From Podarcis bocagei (taxonomy: Eukaryota): a stretch of DNA of 64,000 nucleotides. The position numbers and the translations under genes were made by a program. Below the pieces are notes generated by a model that did not search any database, had not been told where the DNA came from, and saw nothing but the letters and a program-made list of their open reading frames with translations. Location: assembly GCA_964188305.1 (NCBI GenBank), contig OZ076886.1; one strand, 5' to 3'. Below are positions 26,518 through 38,500 of the stretch, piece after piece. How positions within the stretch are numbered: position 1 is the stretch's first letter; each line of letters begins with the position of its first letter.

Positions 26518-27400
26518 CTATATGAAAGAGAGAGAAGGCAACAAGGAGAAAAGAGAGAGAAACAAGAACAGATATGCAGGATTAATGAGCAAGTGGATCA
26601 AAATGCCCCCCAGTTATGTGTGATATATGACATTCAAAAAGAAAGTTGCCCAAATCTCTCCCACCACCCAGAAGCATGGGCAATCATCAAAAACGACTTG
26701 CTTTGCCAAGATAAAATGTTATGTTGTACAAAGAAAAACTGGGGTTTAGGTGGTTTAAGCTCTGAGCACGCATACTGGCTATTAGACTGGTAAAACGAAT
26801 ATACACCATTTGTCCTATTCAGAGCTCTCTATAGAGGAATATTCAGGAAAAAAGATCCTTGGAAAGCACTCTGTTTGAGAGAAAACAGACAAGAGACGTG
26901 GAAGATCTAACGTACAGGGAAGACATTTTTCTGCGGTCATATGCACAGATTGTAAAGAACTTTTGAAACACATACACATTAGGGAAAGATAGAGATGACT
27001 CTTTCCCAGTGTCTTTTTTTTCTGAACTCTAGCTCATTGCTCCCCCATGTAGTTGCTGTCTTTTGATTGTGTACCAGTGACAAGTGTTTACAAATTGGGG
27101 TTACACAGAAGCAAAGTAAAAATGCATTCAGGTCACAGACAGAAAGAAGAACTGAAAAAACTTACAGACAAATTGGAGTTCGTCACAAACAAAAACAGCT
27201 GATTTTTTTCTAAGCTTTTTCTTTTCTTTCTTTTTTTTAGGCTGATAAAAAGTGACTGGACTTCTCACACTGGGACTTTCACAGACAGAAGCAACAGACA
27301 AAGCCAATGCTAAAAGACTTGAAGCAAGGAAAGTGAGTTGGTTTGGCTCTGGATTGTACTGAAGTAATGAAAACAGAAAAGAGTGAAGACGGTATGGAGA

Positions 27401-27556
27401 NNNNNNNNNNNNNNNNNNNNNNNNNNNNNNNNNNNNNNNNNNNNNNNNNNNNNNNNNNNNNNNNNNNNNNNNNNNNNNNNNNNNNNNNNNNNNNNNNNNN
27501 NNNNNNNNNNNNNNNNNNNNNNNNNNNNNNNNNNNNNNNNNNNNNNNNNNNNNNNN
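27401..27556. other. N gap; others at 32840-32968, 38406-38553 and 53059-53188
   Basis: Runs of n. Confidence 0.99.
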
Positions 27557-29705
27557 AGAGGAAAACTTTACATTAGCTCAAAAGGAAAGTAGCTGTAGAG
27601 TATTTTGGGATACACACAGGAAAAAATAATAATAATTAAAAAAAAAAAGATTTAAAATTGGAGGTTTACTGGATTAACCATTCAGCATGCTCATGAGTCA
27701 CAAAAGAGATTGTGACCATGATTCTAAAGGTTTGTTCTGAATTGTTTGCAGGAATATAATGGTCAGAACGTCATGAATAGAAGGAAATAGAATTTGATTG
27801 ATTTAAGGCTCCAAGATACTAAGGAGTTTAGCCTTCAGTATCTAAGGCTTTCACAGGTATTTCTTCATAAACATAGCCTCAAGCAGCATTGCTGTGAAAT
27901 TGTTTCTTATCTTAATTTTAATGCACTCAGGCTAGTTAGACCTCGAAGGAGGCATTTGGTTTCCAAATTGTAGACTCCACTGCAGAAATGGTCAAACAAT
28001 GATTGTTTTTAAGTTTAAAAAAAAAAGGAGCAGAAAAAAGCGAAGAGGAACTCAGAGTGAGCGGACTATGCTCATGAGAGAAAACCTGAAGCATGCAGCT
28101 TGCGGATGTTGGGTTGTTTTGAATTAACAATCCCAGCATGCTCTGAAACTGATGCAACCACTTTTTATAGAGGCAGCATAGAAAAGTGGCTGAACCAACC
28201 ACGAACAAGGAAGGAGAGAAGCAGAAGAGAGCAGGTAGTGTGGGATGAAGTACTTCTCCGAAAACAATAGCTGGAATTCAAAACAAAACAGGAAAATAAA
28301 ACAAATAATAAAAAAGTTTGTTGCTTCAAAGTTTCCCAGACCTAAAAGTCACAGTGCCAAAAAAGAGGGCAAGGTAATTAAAGACAACCAAGAAGAATTG
28401 AGGCACCAAAGGAAAGTACACGCTAACTGTTCTACGTTTTGGGAAATGAATGCATTTTTACTTACAGATCATAAAGTTTGTTTTTGCATAGATATATCTG
28501 AAAGAAGAGAGCAAAGCTTACCGACAGAGTTAGTGAGCGTTACACAGAGACCTTGGGAGTCCAGTGTCCATTCAAAAGGAAAGTCACAACAACAACCCCA
28601 AAACTGCCTCTGAACTGGAGTTCTCCCATGTCCTCGTGCAGCATATTTAAACATTGAATTTTTTAACAGAGTTCACCAATTAAAACCATTCTGTGAAGTC
28701 GAGTGCTTTGATAAATTGCTTGATAGCACAGCGCTCAAGAGACCTGCGTTCCTTCTCTATTTTCATCGCTCATTACCAAGTCAAGAGTTGATAAACATCC
28801 TTTTAGTGCCCAATTCTTAAGCGTTTCTCACTGGATGCATAACAATGAATTCATTACCACTGGTACACAATTTGCATTGTCAACGTGGGGGGGGGGACAT
28901 TGAAAAAGAGAGGAGGTGTATAATCTACAGACCCTGGAAATATGGGGCATATCACAATAATCCAGTCCTTATGACATGACCAGCAAGGACTAAGGAAAGA
29001 AAAATAATAATTGAACGGTGATATTGTTTCCTCTAGCATTATTATTCAAAGCAAACGAGAACATTGCTTTATTTAGCAAAGCTTCATGGCTCACACATGA
29101 CAAGAACCCCAAATCCACAGCACATAATTCAGTTTAAACATCTAACAGCAAGGCATTTGTCGTGTTGTGTAGGAGTTTCAAATTACTGTACAGCAGCCAA
29201 AAAGGTAACAATGAAAACTGATTAATGTGTAAAGATCTATCTGCATGTATAGAATTCCTGCCAAAAGCATATCTTCAAGCAAGTTTAAAAATGTCTTTTT
29301 GATAGCTACATGTGTCTCTGGTCACTAGTTGTTATTCTTCCCTAACGTAAAAGGTCAATAATATCAGCTGTGGCGAATTTAGAGTGACAAGAATGAAATC
29401 TGATGCAAGTGTAGGGCCAACTGATTTGACAAGATCTGCTATGCATAAAAGGGGAGGTGGCAAAACATTACCCAGGAAAAATAAATAAATAGACATCCTA
29501 AGCTGGCTTACAAATGAGTGTGCACAGTTAAAAATATTTAATTTCTGATATTTCCATTGTTTCATGAACTCCACTGTCACAAGCAATTAGCCGTGTTTCC
29601 TATTCCAGTTACAAAACATGACATACTATGTTGATCTCAATGGTTGTTTTCTAGGAAAACAACACAACACATATGAATATTGTACAAGTGACCAAACATG
29701 CTTAC

Positions 29706-29744
29706 TCTCCCGCAAAGTAATTACCCTGCGTACCATTTCATGTT
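29706..29744 (-). CDS. CADPS: Candidate CADPS cassette exon (E)HEMVRRVITLRE, 39 nt, phase 1-1
   Basis: Strong ctctc(t)n-aag acceptor, AGA|gtaagc donor, open frame. Confidence 0.5.
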
Positions 29745-29908
29745 CTTAAAAAAAAGAGAGGAAGATTTTGCCCTAGCCTTATTTATCCTGCAAGCTATGG
29801 CATATTTTTTTAAAATTTATTTTCTTTTTCTTCTTTTTTTAAAAAGCAGCTTAGTCGTCTCACTGAAACAGGAAACCAGCGTTAATTTTAGTAGCAAAAT
29901 CGCCTTAC

Positions 29909-30032
29909 CTTCAATTTTGGCATACTCTGAGAGCCGTGTATAGTTAGTCAATGCAGCTTGCTCTAAGCATTTACGGATGACGGTCTTTACCTCCTCTTGA
30001 GGGACTGGAGTAACTATGTCTTTCATCAAAAC
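29909..30032 (-). CDS. CADPS: CADPS exon [41 protein letters not shown], 124 nt, ends phase 1
   Basis: CAPS1 peptide; tcaag| and AAG|gtaagg. Confidence 0.97.
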
Positions 30033-30866
30033 CTTGATATAAGAAACACTGATTTGTTGTGTCATCTTGAAATTAACTGCTTTTGTTTTCAATTTCACCC
30101 ACCTAAAAGATTTCGAAGGGTTCACAGTGCCCTTTGTCTCCCTCTACTGGTTAGAACACAGGCAGCAACAGCATTGCCCATTGCATCTTGGGAACTATTG
30201 AACCTGATCACCCTGGCCCATGGTTCTAGGTGTTTTGCGTTTTGAGGAATGTAAAACGTGAGGAACGTGAGGAAGTGGGCTGCTAGGAGTGGAAATCCAG
30301 CAACATCTGGATGGCACTATATTTAGGCTACCTGTGCATGAGATGTTAAGATAAAATGATTGGTTCACAAGGTTCATTATTATTAGATGTACGGATTAAT
30401 TGCACCAGCCCTAAAGTACTTGTTCAATTAGAGCTGAGTTCAATAAGAGTTCAGGTTTTTCTGCTAGCAGGATAAAACTATGACTTTATGGCACAGAAAA
30501 TTGCAATTAGAATTCTAGGTGTTATAAAATATCCACGTGTACATGAAGCTTTAAGCTAGTGTTGTTCATAGAGTCAGGAGAGGCCAAGAGGGAACCCAGC
30601 CCAACCAAACCCACCCATGAAATCTGGACCACGGTGTGTCCCAAGTAGAGAGCAGGTGTAGTGAAGAATGCTGCTCAAATGAAACGACACTCACAAACAT
30701 GCCAGGGGATGAAAAGCCCCTTCATTTCCAATATGATTGGAAGGAAAATGGCATCCAGACTCCACATATATAATCGAAGTCAATATAAATTCTGCTGAAT
30801 GAAAAGAGCCAAATATGAGAACTGGATTTTTTAAAAAAACCAACCTTTCAGGACCCTTACGCTTAC

Positions 30867-30930
30867 CCTTTCCAGGAGTGATAGTGTGGCTTTTAAAGCG
30901 CCTTCTGGCCGGCCGAATGGAAAGCAATAC
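30867..30930 (-). CDS. CADPS: CADPS exon [21 protein letters not shown], 64 nt
   Basis: CAPS1 peptide; cctag| and AGG|gtaagc. Confidence 0.97.
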
Positions 30931-31471
30931 CTAGGGTAAATACATAGCATTTTTGGATACGTGCAAAATGTTTTAAAAGCTAACAAATGATTTACACCCA
31001 TATTGCAAGTCCCAGTCACTCCCCACTTATGTGTTTCAAAGTGAATAAGGAAAACAAGGTGGGCAGGGGGGTGGGGAGGGGCAAGGCAGGGAGAGGAAGA
31101 AATTGCTATTTTGGTTCTGAAACTGGAATAGCATTACTTTATCAAAACCAAAACCCCAATCTTCTGGCTGCTTTTAGTTAATAAGTACTGACAAGATAAA
31201 AAACAGAAAAAGGCAATTGTTTATAACATGGAGACATTCCACTGTAGACTTCTATTCTAAACCTTTCATGGCAAAAATGCACACATAATTCCATTTTACA
31301 TTTTCTGTGTAACATCTCTATGACTGAACTGTCAGTGCCATCTATATGCTAACATATAGTACACTAAAATCACTTTAAAAGTTCCTGCTGTTTATGCAAG
31401 TAATCATCACTGCAGCATCTGAAACGCAGCAAGTTGGCTCTTTGTCTGGAAGGTGAAACATCAGTCATTAC

Positions 31472-31573
31472 CTAAAATGTGTGATTTGATTTTCCAGTAA
31501 CAACCGCAGCCTCTCTTTGATTTCTTCAAACCGCTCTTTTTCTTCTACTGTTACCGTTCCTATTCCATCAGGC
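31472..31573 (-). CDS. CADPS: CADPS exon [33 protein letters not shown](R), 102 nt
   Basis: CAPS1 peptide; ctccag| and AG|gtaatg. Confidence 0.97.
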
Positions 31574-32985
31574 CTGGAGGAGAAAAGCTATGAATAAGTT
31601 GCATTTTACCTCATGACTTTTATGAATCATCAGCACTGTAATGCATCACATTATAGTCAAAACAATTATACAAATAAATAAGAGTATTTGAATGTTGGGT
31701 TTCCAGACTTGGATTACCTGAAATCAGTGGTACCAGAGAGCCTGAATAGCAGCTGTGTTTTTTTGGGGGTGGGGAACCTGTGGTCCTTTAAATATAATTG
31801 GGCTCCAGCTTCCATCAGCCCCAGACAGCACAGCTAGTGGCTAACAATGACAGGGGTTATAATTCCAGTTATATTCCTGCATTGCAGGGGGTTGGACTAG
31901 ATGACTCTGGGTGTCCCTTCCAACTCCACATATGATACCTGGAGGGTCACAGGGCCCCCATCCCTGGAGTACCCCCATTCACTTCAAGGCCACTGCTAGT
32001 TCCTTGCCCAACACTGGGCATCTCTGCTGGGTTGAAATTCTTGGATAGTATTCATTGCAGCCTCAATAAAGGCACAGGGCTAAGGCAGTAAATTGTGTTG
32101 CCTCTAAGTAACTCATGTGGGAGGCAAATCTCTGAATATCATATATTTCTCCATACCTACAAGACTGCCTTTCCCCATGTGAACCTGCTCCTAACCTGAG
32201 GTTACCATCTGAGGCCCATATCTGTAAGCCACCTCTGGATCAGGTCTGCAGGGTGTGTGAGTGGGACTCGCACCAGTTTAGATCCTGGCCTACTTGCTTT
32301 CAGCTATTAGGATCAAAGGTGTGAACGATGCAGTGTGAGGAAGTACAAACGCAAGGAGGAGCAAGGTTTTTCTCCTGTGGAAGTGTCTGTGCTTCTTTTG
32401 AAAGCAATCGAAATAAGCAGAGTTCTTCCTACGTGCAGAATGCAGTTCTTTGAACAACGCCTAGTAGTACCAAATTAATTATTTTACCTCAGCAAGTAAT
32501 GCGTTGCTGTGAAACTCCCACCCATGTGCAAAGCAGTTAAGCACAAGTTGACTTAAATCTGTCAGTTTGCATTTCTTAGTGCAGAAAGTATTGATCTGGT
32601 GTGTAGGGATCTTTCCTATTCTACTTAATTCAAGAGGGTTCTGGAAGCTTCTTTGTATGAAAGAGATAAGCAAAAGGTCCTGATGTTTGGGTTATTCCCT
32701 CAGAGAAGCTGAGTACAGTTGGTTTAAACTGGTTCTGTTATCTCTTTCAGTCATGGTCATGCTGACTATAAAAGTAGGGCTGGAAGGAGCCTGGGTTTCA
32801 CTTTCTCTTTCTATCGCTTTTTCTTCTGGTGTGGCATTCNNNNNNNNNNNNNNNNNNNNNNNNNNNNNNNNNNNNNNNNNNNNNNNNNNNNNNNNNNNNN
32901 NNNNNNNNNNNNNNNNNNNNNNNNNNNNNNNNNNNNNNNNNNNNNNNNNNNNNNNNNNNNNNNNNNNNGAGACCAGCTAAGTTTG

Positions 32986-33238
32986 GTGAGAGCCAGTGTG
33001 GTGTAGTGGTTGAGAGCGGTAGTCACGTAATCTGGGAAACCGGGTCCGTGTCTCCGCTCCTCCACATGCAGCTGCTGGGTGACCTTGGGCCAGTCACACT
33101 TCTTTGAAGTCTCTCAGCCCCACTCACCTCACAGAGTGTTTGTTGTGGGGGAGGAAGGGAAAGGAGATTGTTAGCCGCTTTGAGACTCCTGAAGGGGAGT
33201 GAAAGGCGGGATATCAAATCCAAACTCCTCTTCTTCTT
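32986..33238 (+). mobile_element. Squam3-like tRNA-derived SINE
   Basis: A-box tggtgtagtggtt, CORE-like body, (CTT)n tail. Confidence 0.78.
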
Positions 33239-33385
33239 GGTATAAACTTTCGTGTGCAGGCACATTTCTGAAAGCTTATACCAAGAACAAACTTAGTAGG
33301 TCTCTAAGGTGATACTGGACAATTTTTTTAGTTTTTTTATATATTTCGACTGCGTCAGACCAACACGGCTACCTACCTGAATCTG
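33239..33385. mobile_element. Penelope pseudo-LTR short fold-back fragment; others at 37215-37345 and 45485-45622
   Basis: Shares gaccaactaagtt..ggtat(a/g)agctttcgtgtgc sequence with the PLE at 49760-50350. Confidence 0.75.
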
Positions 33386-34394
33386 TACATAGTATGCTTA
33401 GTGTTAAGGTTTAGATTTATTATGTTATTGTAAGTTTAAGTTAAGTCTGCTGCAACTGAGTTTCTTATGGACAGTGCCAATCCTGAATGTATTGGATTTG
33501 TGACCATTATGCTCATTTGCCTTCAGTAGTAATAAAGCTTTGCTGGATGAAATACAATTGCCTCTGGTCTATTTTTTGGGGAATCCTTCAACGTATTTAA
33601 GATGTTACTCTGCTAACAATACATTGGAATCTACTCTGGATCAATATTGAGTAGAATTCCATGACAAAATCGAAGTGCTCTGCTTTAACTGTTTTGCCGG
33701 GGTGGGGGACTTCAAAATGCAGGCCTCCTGTTCTCTCTGCCTGGTCCTAGGAACTTTCTCCAAGCCACATCTCTCCCCAAGCTGGAGCTTGTACTGGTCC
33801 TGCTGTGCACTGACCTTGAGTGCTTCCACCTGGTTGGGGTGTATCCTTGAACCCACAATATTGCCTTTTGTTTTGCCTGGAAGGAGAGTGAGGAGTGTGT
33901 CTCTCTGTGTGTAGACCCTAGCCTACCACACAATGGTAACATTTACATTTGCTGCTCCACCCACTCACTTTTGCCCCTCCCACATACCATTGTCATGTAG
34001 CCCCTGAAAGGTTGCCCACAATGGAATGTGTCCCTCAGGTTGAAAACAGTTCCCCATCCTATGATCCCTCTGTTACATGGATGTGGTCGAGAAAAACCAA
34101 AGGCAAAAGCCAAGACTGTGGATCGGAGGAATTGTGCAAATTCTCTGTATACCCAAATTGGCAGGCGCGGTCATATGCTGTTCCATTGAATAATCCATGC
34201 AAAAGGTAATGAACTACTCTAATCCATTCCAGAAAATAAGTCAACAAACCAGACAATTAGCAACACTATTTCCTACTACTGGCAATTTCCTAGTGTGTGG
34301 ACTTGTGTGCTAGCACTCAGTTTGTAACTGTAAGTCTCTCTCTCTGTTGGGAAGAGTAATGGAAGAAGTCTTAAAACTGAACAAATGTTCTTAC

Positions 34395-34457
34395 TTAAAG
34401 GCCTCCTCCCGTGTTTGGATTAAAGCTTTGTAAACCCTTCGTATTAGACTAGTTTGG
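34395..34457 (-). CDS. CADPS: Candidate CADPS cassette exon (S)QTSLIRRVYKALIQTREEAF(K), 63 nt, phase 2-2
   Basis: tcttttgtatag acceptor, AA|gtaaga donor, open and phase-matched to the flanking exons. Confidence 0.45.
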
Positions 34458-35290
34458 CTATACAAAAGACTTGGCAAGGGATTACAAAGCTTCTAATGAA
34501 CCTCCTGTCAGGGGTTAATTGGTAAGCTTTATTTTTCCTTTTAATGAATCAGAATGCTCCTAACTTTTTTAATATATAAAAAATACAATCTGTACAGTCA
34601 ATATTTCATTGACCTAAAGATGCAGAAACCTCAAAATATAATAAATATTAGCACTTGATGTTAAATATGGTTAAAACTCACCCATTTAAAACAAAGGCAT
34701 TATATACTTTGGAAATGCATTTTTGTCTTTTTTATTTAAAGTGATGAAGTGAATTTTAAGCACTCAAAAATAAACACTCATAAAATTGGGTTGCCTATCA
34801 CTAATCCTGTATACATATGTCCTATTGAGGAAAAGAGAGATTTACATGTTTGATAGGTTCCTAGCCCATGTATTTAGATTATTCTATGGTATTACTGTTT
34901 GAATTCAGTATACATTTTATACACCAAGCTTGGGTGAATAAAAATATTGATTTAGGCCTCAACTGGAAACATCACTAGGAGAAGACATAAAGCAGTACAA
35001 AAGTATATTGTTTTGGCCTCATTTCTGCTTAAATATATAGTTGTATGAAAATTTAGCAGGCTGTTTAGTTTGAAACATTTAACTACTGAAACACTTAGAA
35101 GGTTTTAAAATTCCTTATTCTAGAAAATGTTACCGCTAAAGTTGCTGTCTTAGAATCACTTACCTGGAAGTAAGCCCCATTGAGCTCAATGGGGCTTACT
35201 TCTGAGTAGGCATGTTTCAGATTGCATGGTATGTTTTTGTTTTATAGTAAGTGAGCATTCCTACAATAAGACAAAAGTGACAGCATAGAG

Positions 35291-35555
35291 CAGGGGTCAG
35301 CAAACTTTTTCAGCAGGGGGCTGGTCCACTGTCCCTCAGACCTTGTGGGGGACCGGACTATATATTTTTTTCGGGGGGTGGGGTGGGGTGTGTGAACGAA
35401 TTCCTATGCCCCACAAATAACCCAGAGATGCATTTTAAATAAAACGACACATTCTACTCATGTAAAAACATGCTGATTCCTGGGCCATCTGTGGGACGGA
35501 TTTAGAAGGCGATTGGGCCGAATCCGGCCCCCGAACCTTAGTTTGCCTACCCATG
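35291..35555. mobile_element. hAT (Charlie-like) MITE
   Basis: TIRs caggggtcagcaaact/agtttgcctacccatg; perfect 8-bp TSD gcatagag. Confidence 0.85.
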
Positions 35556-38500
35556 GCATAGAGTTTCAACTCACAGTGCTTGGAGACACTGCTCAAAAGG
35601 CCAAATGGAAGGCCTCATTGTAATTTCAAAGAAATATGCAAGCACAGAACCTTAACTGCTCAAAATGAAGGGCACTGCTAATTTTCAAATCAACTGCTTA
35701 TTTTAGAGAAGGTCCGTTTAACTAAAAGTAATTCTCAAACTAATTAGGGACGGCAGCCTAAGATATAGGAAATATTTGTTTACTGAGATAAATTAAAAGG
35801 TTTGAAAGACAAATGCCAGGCAAGTACACAAGTTATGTTGTTGATGTGATAATTGTAGCTATCACTTGATAACCTGAACGTGTGAAACTGTTACCGCTAG
35901 TTATTACATGATCAAGTTATTACAGATCATTGCCTCTTGTCAGGCACTTGCCCAATAAGGGAAAAATCCAAGATAGGAGGTGATAAGCCCATCATGTGTA
36001 GTTGCCCATCTCATGTTGTCAAACTATTATTAAACGAAATGTGTGATTTTTCCCTGATTGCAGCAATAACCTATGAAGTGTGTTACTGAAAATGTCTTGA
36101 CATGAGTCTAAATGCAGAAGAAAACAAAATGTGGCTCAAAAACTTGTTCTTTTCCTGTACTCCTTTTGTTTTAAAGACATCAATTTAGAACTTATGGTGA
36201 ACCCTACATGCTTACTACGGAGTGAGCGGCTTCTTCCAAAAAAGACAAAATGGTAACCACAGACTACAGATGGCAATGGCTGACACTCTGATTCTGAACA
36301 CATTGCAGGAGAAAGTACTTCCAATTGTGTTTGGGGTCAGAGCACCAGACTGCTGCTTATTTTGCTGCACTTCACAAAACACTACCGAGCCACTCCTTTT
36401 GTAGGCTCAAGGAAGTTTACTAGAGCAATAAAACTAGCACTGCGCTGAAATCTGCTGCCCAATTTCTTTAAAGCTTTCTTCCCCCACAAAAGTAGCCTCC
36501 ATTTTTTTCTGCAGAGTTGAGCACACTTTATTGGTGACTGAGGGTGTTGGGTATATTTTTCTTTCCATTCAACATTTCCCCAGCACTCCCCTGTCATGGC
36601 TGCCTGTGCTTCCTGATCTGAAAAAGCCCTATGGGAGCAGTCTTTTATTGGCAATGAAAGGCCATAACGTTTTCCCATGAGCTTTGACGGAAGCATGGGA
36701 AACTGGGAGACTGGCTCCCAAGTACCTGAGATAAGAGAGCTTGCCACCCTCCCCCCATGAAAAATCATTCCTTTAACATAAAAATATACATAAAATAATA
36801 ATCTTTCTGCATTGAGTCATTGAAAAGTGAATACTTTAAAAATAAACAGACCAACAGCTGTCAGAGACCTGGTAGGCAGCTTCCCATACATTGCCAAGAA
36901 TATTATAGTGTTTTCAGGAATGATGGACAACAAGGGGGGGCTTAAGAATACAAACCACTTGAGAGATGGCTTGCTGAATGGAAGAAAGTAGCGTACGTTC
37001 ACAAAACACCAAAGCAATCCTGAAAGATAAACACACAACTGCCCTATGCCCCACTCACGACAATTTCACCAACATTTTCTCTCTCCTTTCTTAAAGTTCA
37101 AATGCAATACCCCTTTTTATTAATTGAGAGAGAATAGTTGGAAAAAAGAAAAGAAAACACAGACTAATTTAATCAGAATACTAAATATGTACCTATATCT
37201 GTATCTATTTGTGAAACAAAATAAAAAAAATCCTTCCAGTAGCACCTTAGAGACCAACTAAGTTTGTCATTGGTATGAGCTTGAAGGAATTTTTTTATTT
37301 TGTTTTGACTACAGCAGACCAACATGGCAACCTACCTGTAACTATATCTATTTGTGAATTAGCTCGGGTCTCCCAAGCTGCCTGAGAAAAAGCTTTATTT
37401 TACCAATAATAAAGAGAATATTGGAGTACCTGAAGGAGCTTTCCATTGAGAGACCCCTGAGAAGAAGGTGCTGGCAGTGGGGAGTGCTGATGCCTTGCTG
37501 GCCTCACCCTTAAGGCCTGTATACTCCCAAGCATTTTCAGGTACATCTACTGCTGTTTGAACGCATGGGGATTATAGTTTCCAGTGCCTCCCAACCCATT
37601 TTTTTTTTTGATGCGGGAGCTACTAGAAGCTAGAGTTGCAACTAAATTGTAGCAGCATCAGAAAGCTTCCACAGGTCAGTAGCCAGTGAGGGGACAGGAC
37701 AGAACAATTGGGTAGAATCACTGCAGCAGCTCCATGCTGTTGAAGTGACCGGGTCTGGATCAAGTTCAGTGTGGGCCAGCGATAACTGTGAGAGTGGGTC
37801 AGGATCTAGCAGAATGCAGGTTGGCTCTGCATAACCCACCACCTACCACCACTGGTGGTGTTTTGGGGCTTTCTGCTGGTTTAGGGTACCACCAGGGGAC
37901 TTCCTGGATGGGTGCATCCAAGGAATTATGCTTGACAGCTCAGCTGGAAAAATGGGATGCTTCAACTCAGTCCAACCCCACTTGCCCAGTCTGGTATAAG
38001 ATGGTTGGTGTGTGTGTGTTCACTGCACTGTCACTCATTACCTCATGTGAAAACTACTTGTGAAAAATACTATGTCTGCATAGCTGTCCTTACAAAGTAT
38101 TTTTTTCCTGTGTGTATTCCACTGTACCTGTGAGCAGAAACAGTGTATTTATTATTATTATTATTTTAAAAAATGTATTCACAACACTAGACGGAATTAA
38201 TAATAATAAAATATCACAGCTGGCTTCTGTGTATCATGTAGCAACAAACTTCAGACAATCTACAGGTCAACTGTAGCCATTTTTGGAGCCGCCTGGATGT
38301 CTGGAAGGGCCTGCCAACTAAGAGCCATCACAACTGCAAGGACTTCCTTTCTCAAACAGCTGTGGACTATATTACATCTGACATGACGAGCATCTCTTGA
38401 ATCTANNNNNNNNNNNNNNNNNNNNNNNNNNNNNNNNNNNNNNNNNNNNNNNNNNNNNNNNNNNNNNNNNNNNNNNNNNNNNNNNNNNNNNNNNNNNNNN

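Noticed and set aside
32602-33592. Possible solo LTR (TATAAAA at ~32768, AATAAA at ~33531) interrupted by a SINE and a PLE
   Set aside because: Termini and TSD are unclear and an N gap lies inside
36215-36295. Candidate exon ending at GTA|gtaagc
   Set aside because: Ambiguous acceptors; the 3n versions create a TA|G stop; too little support
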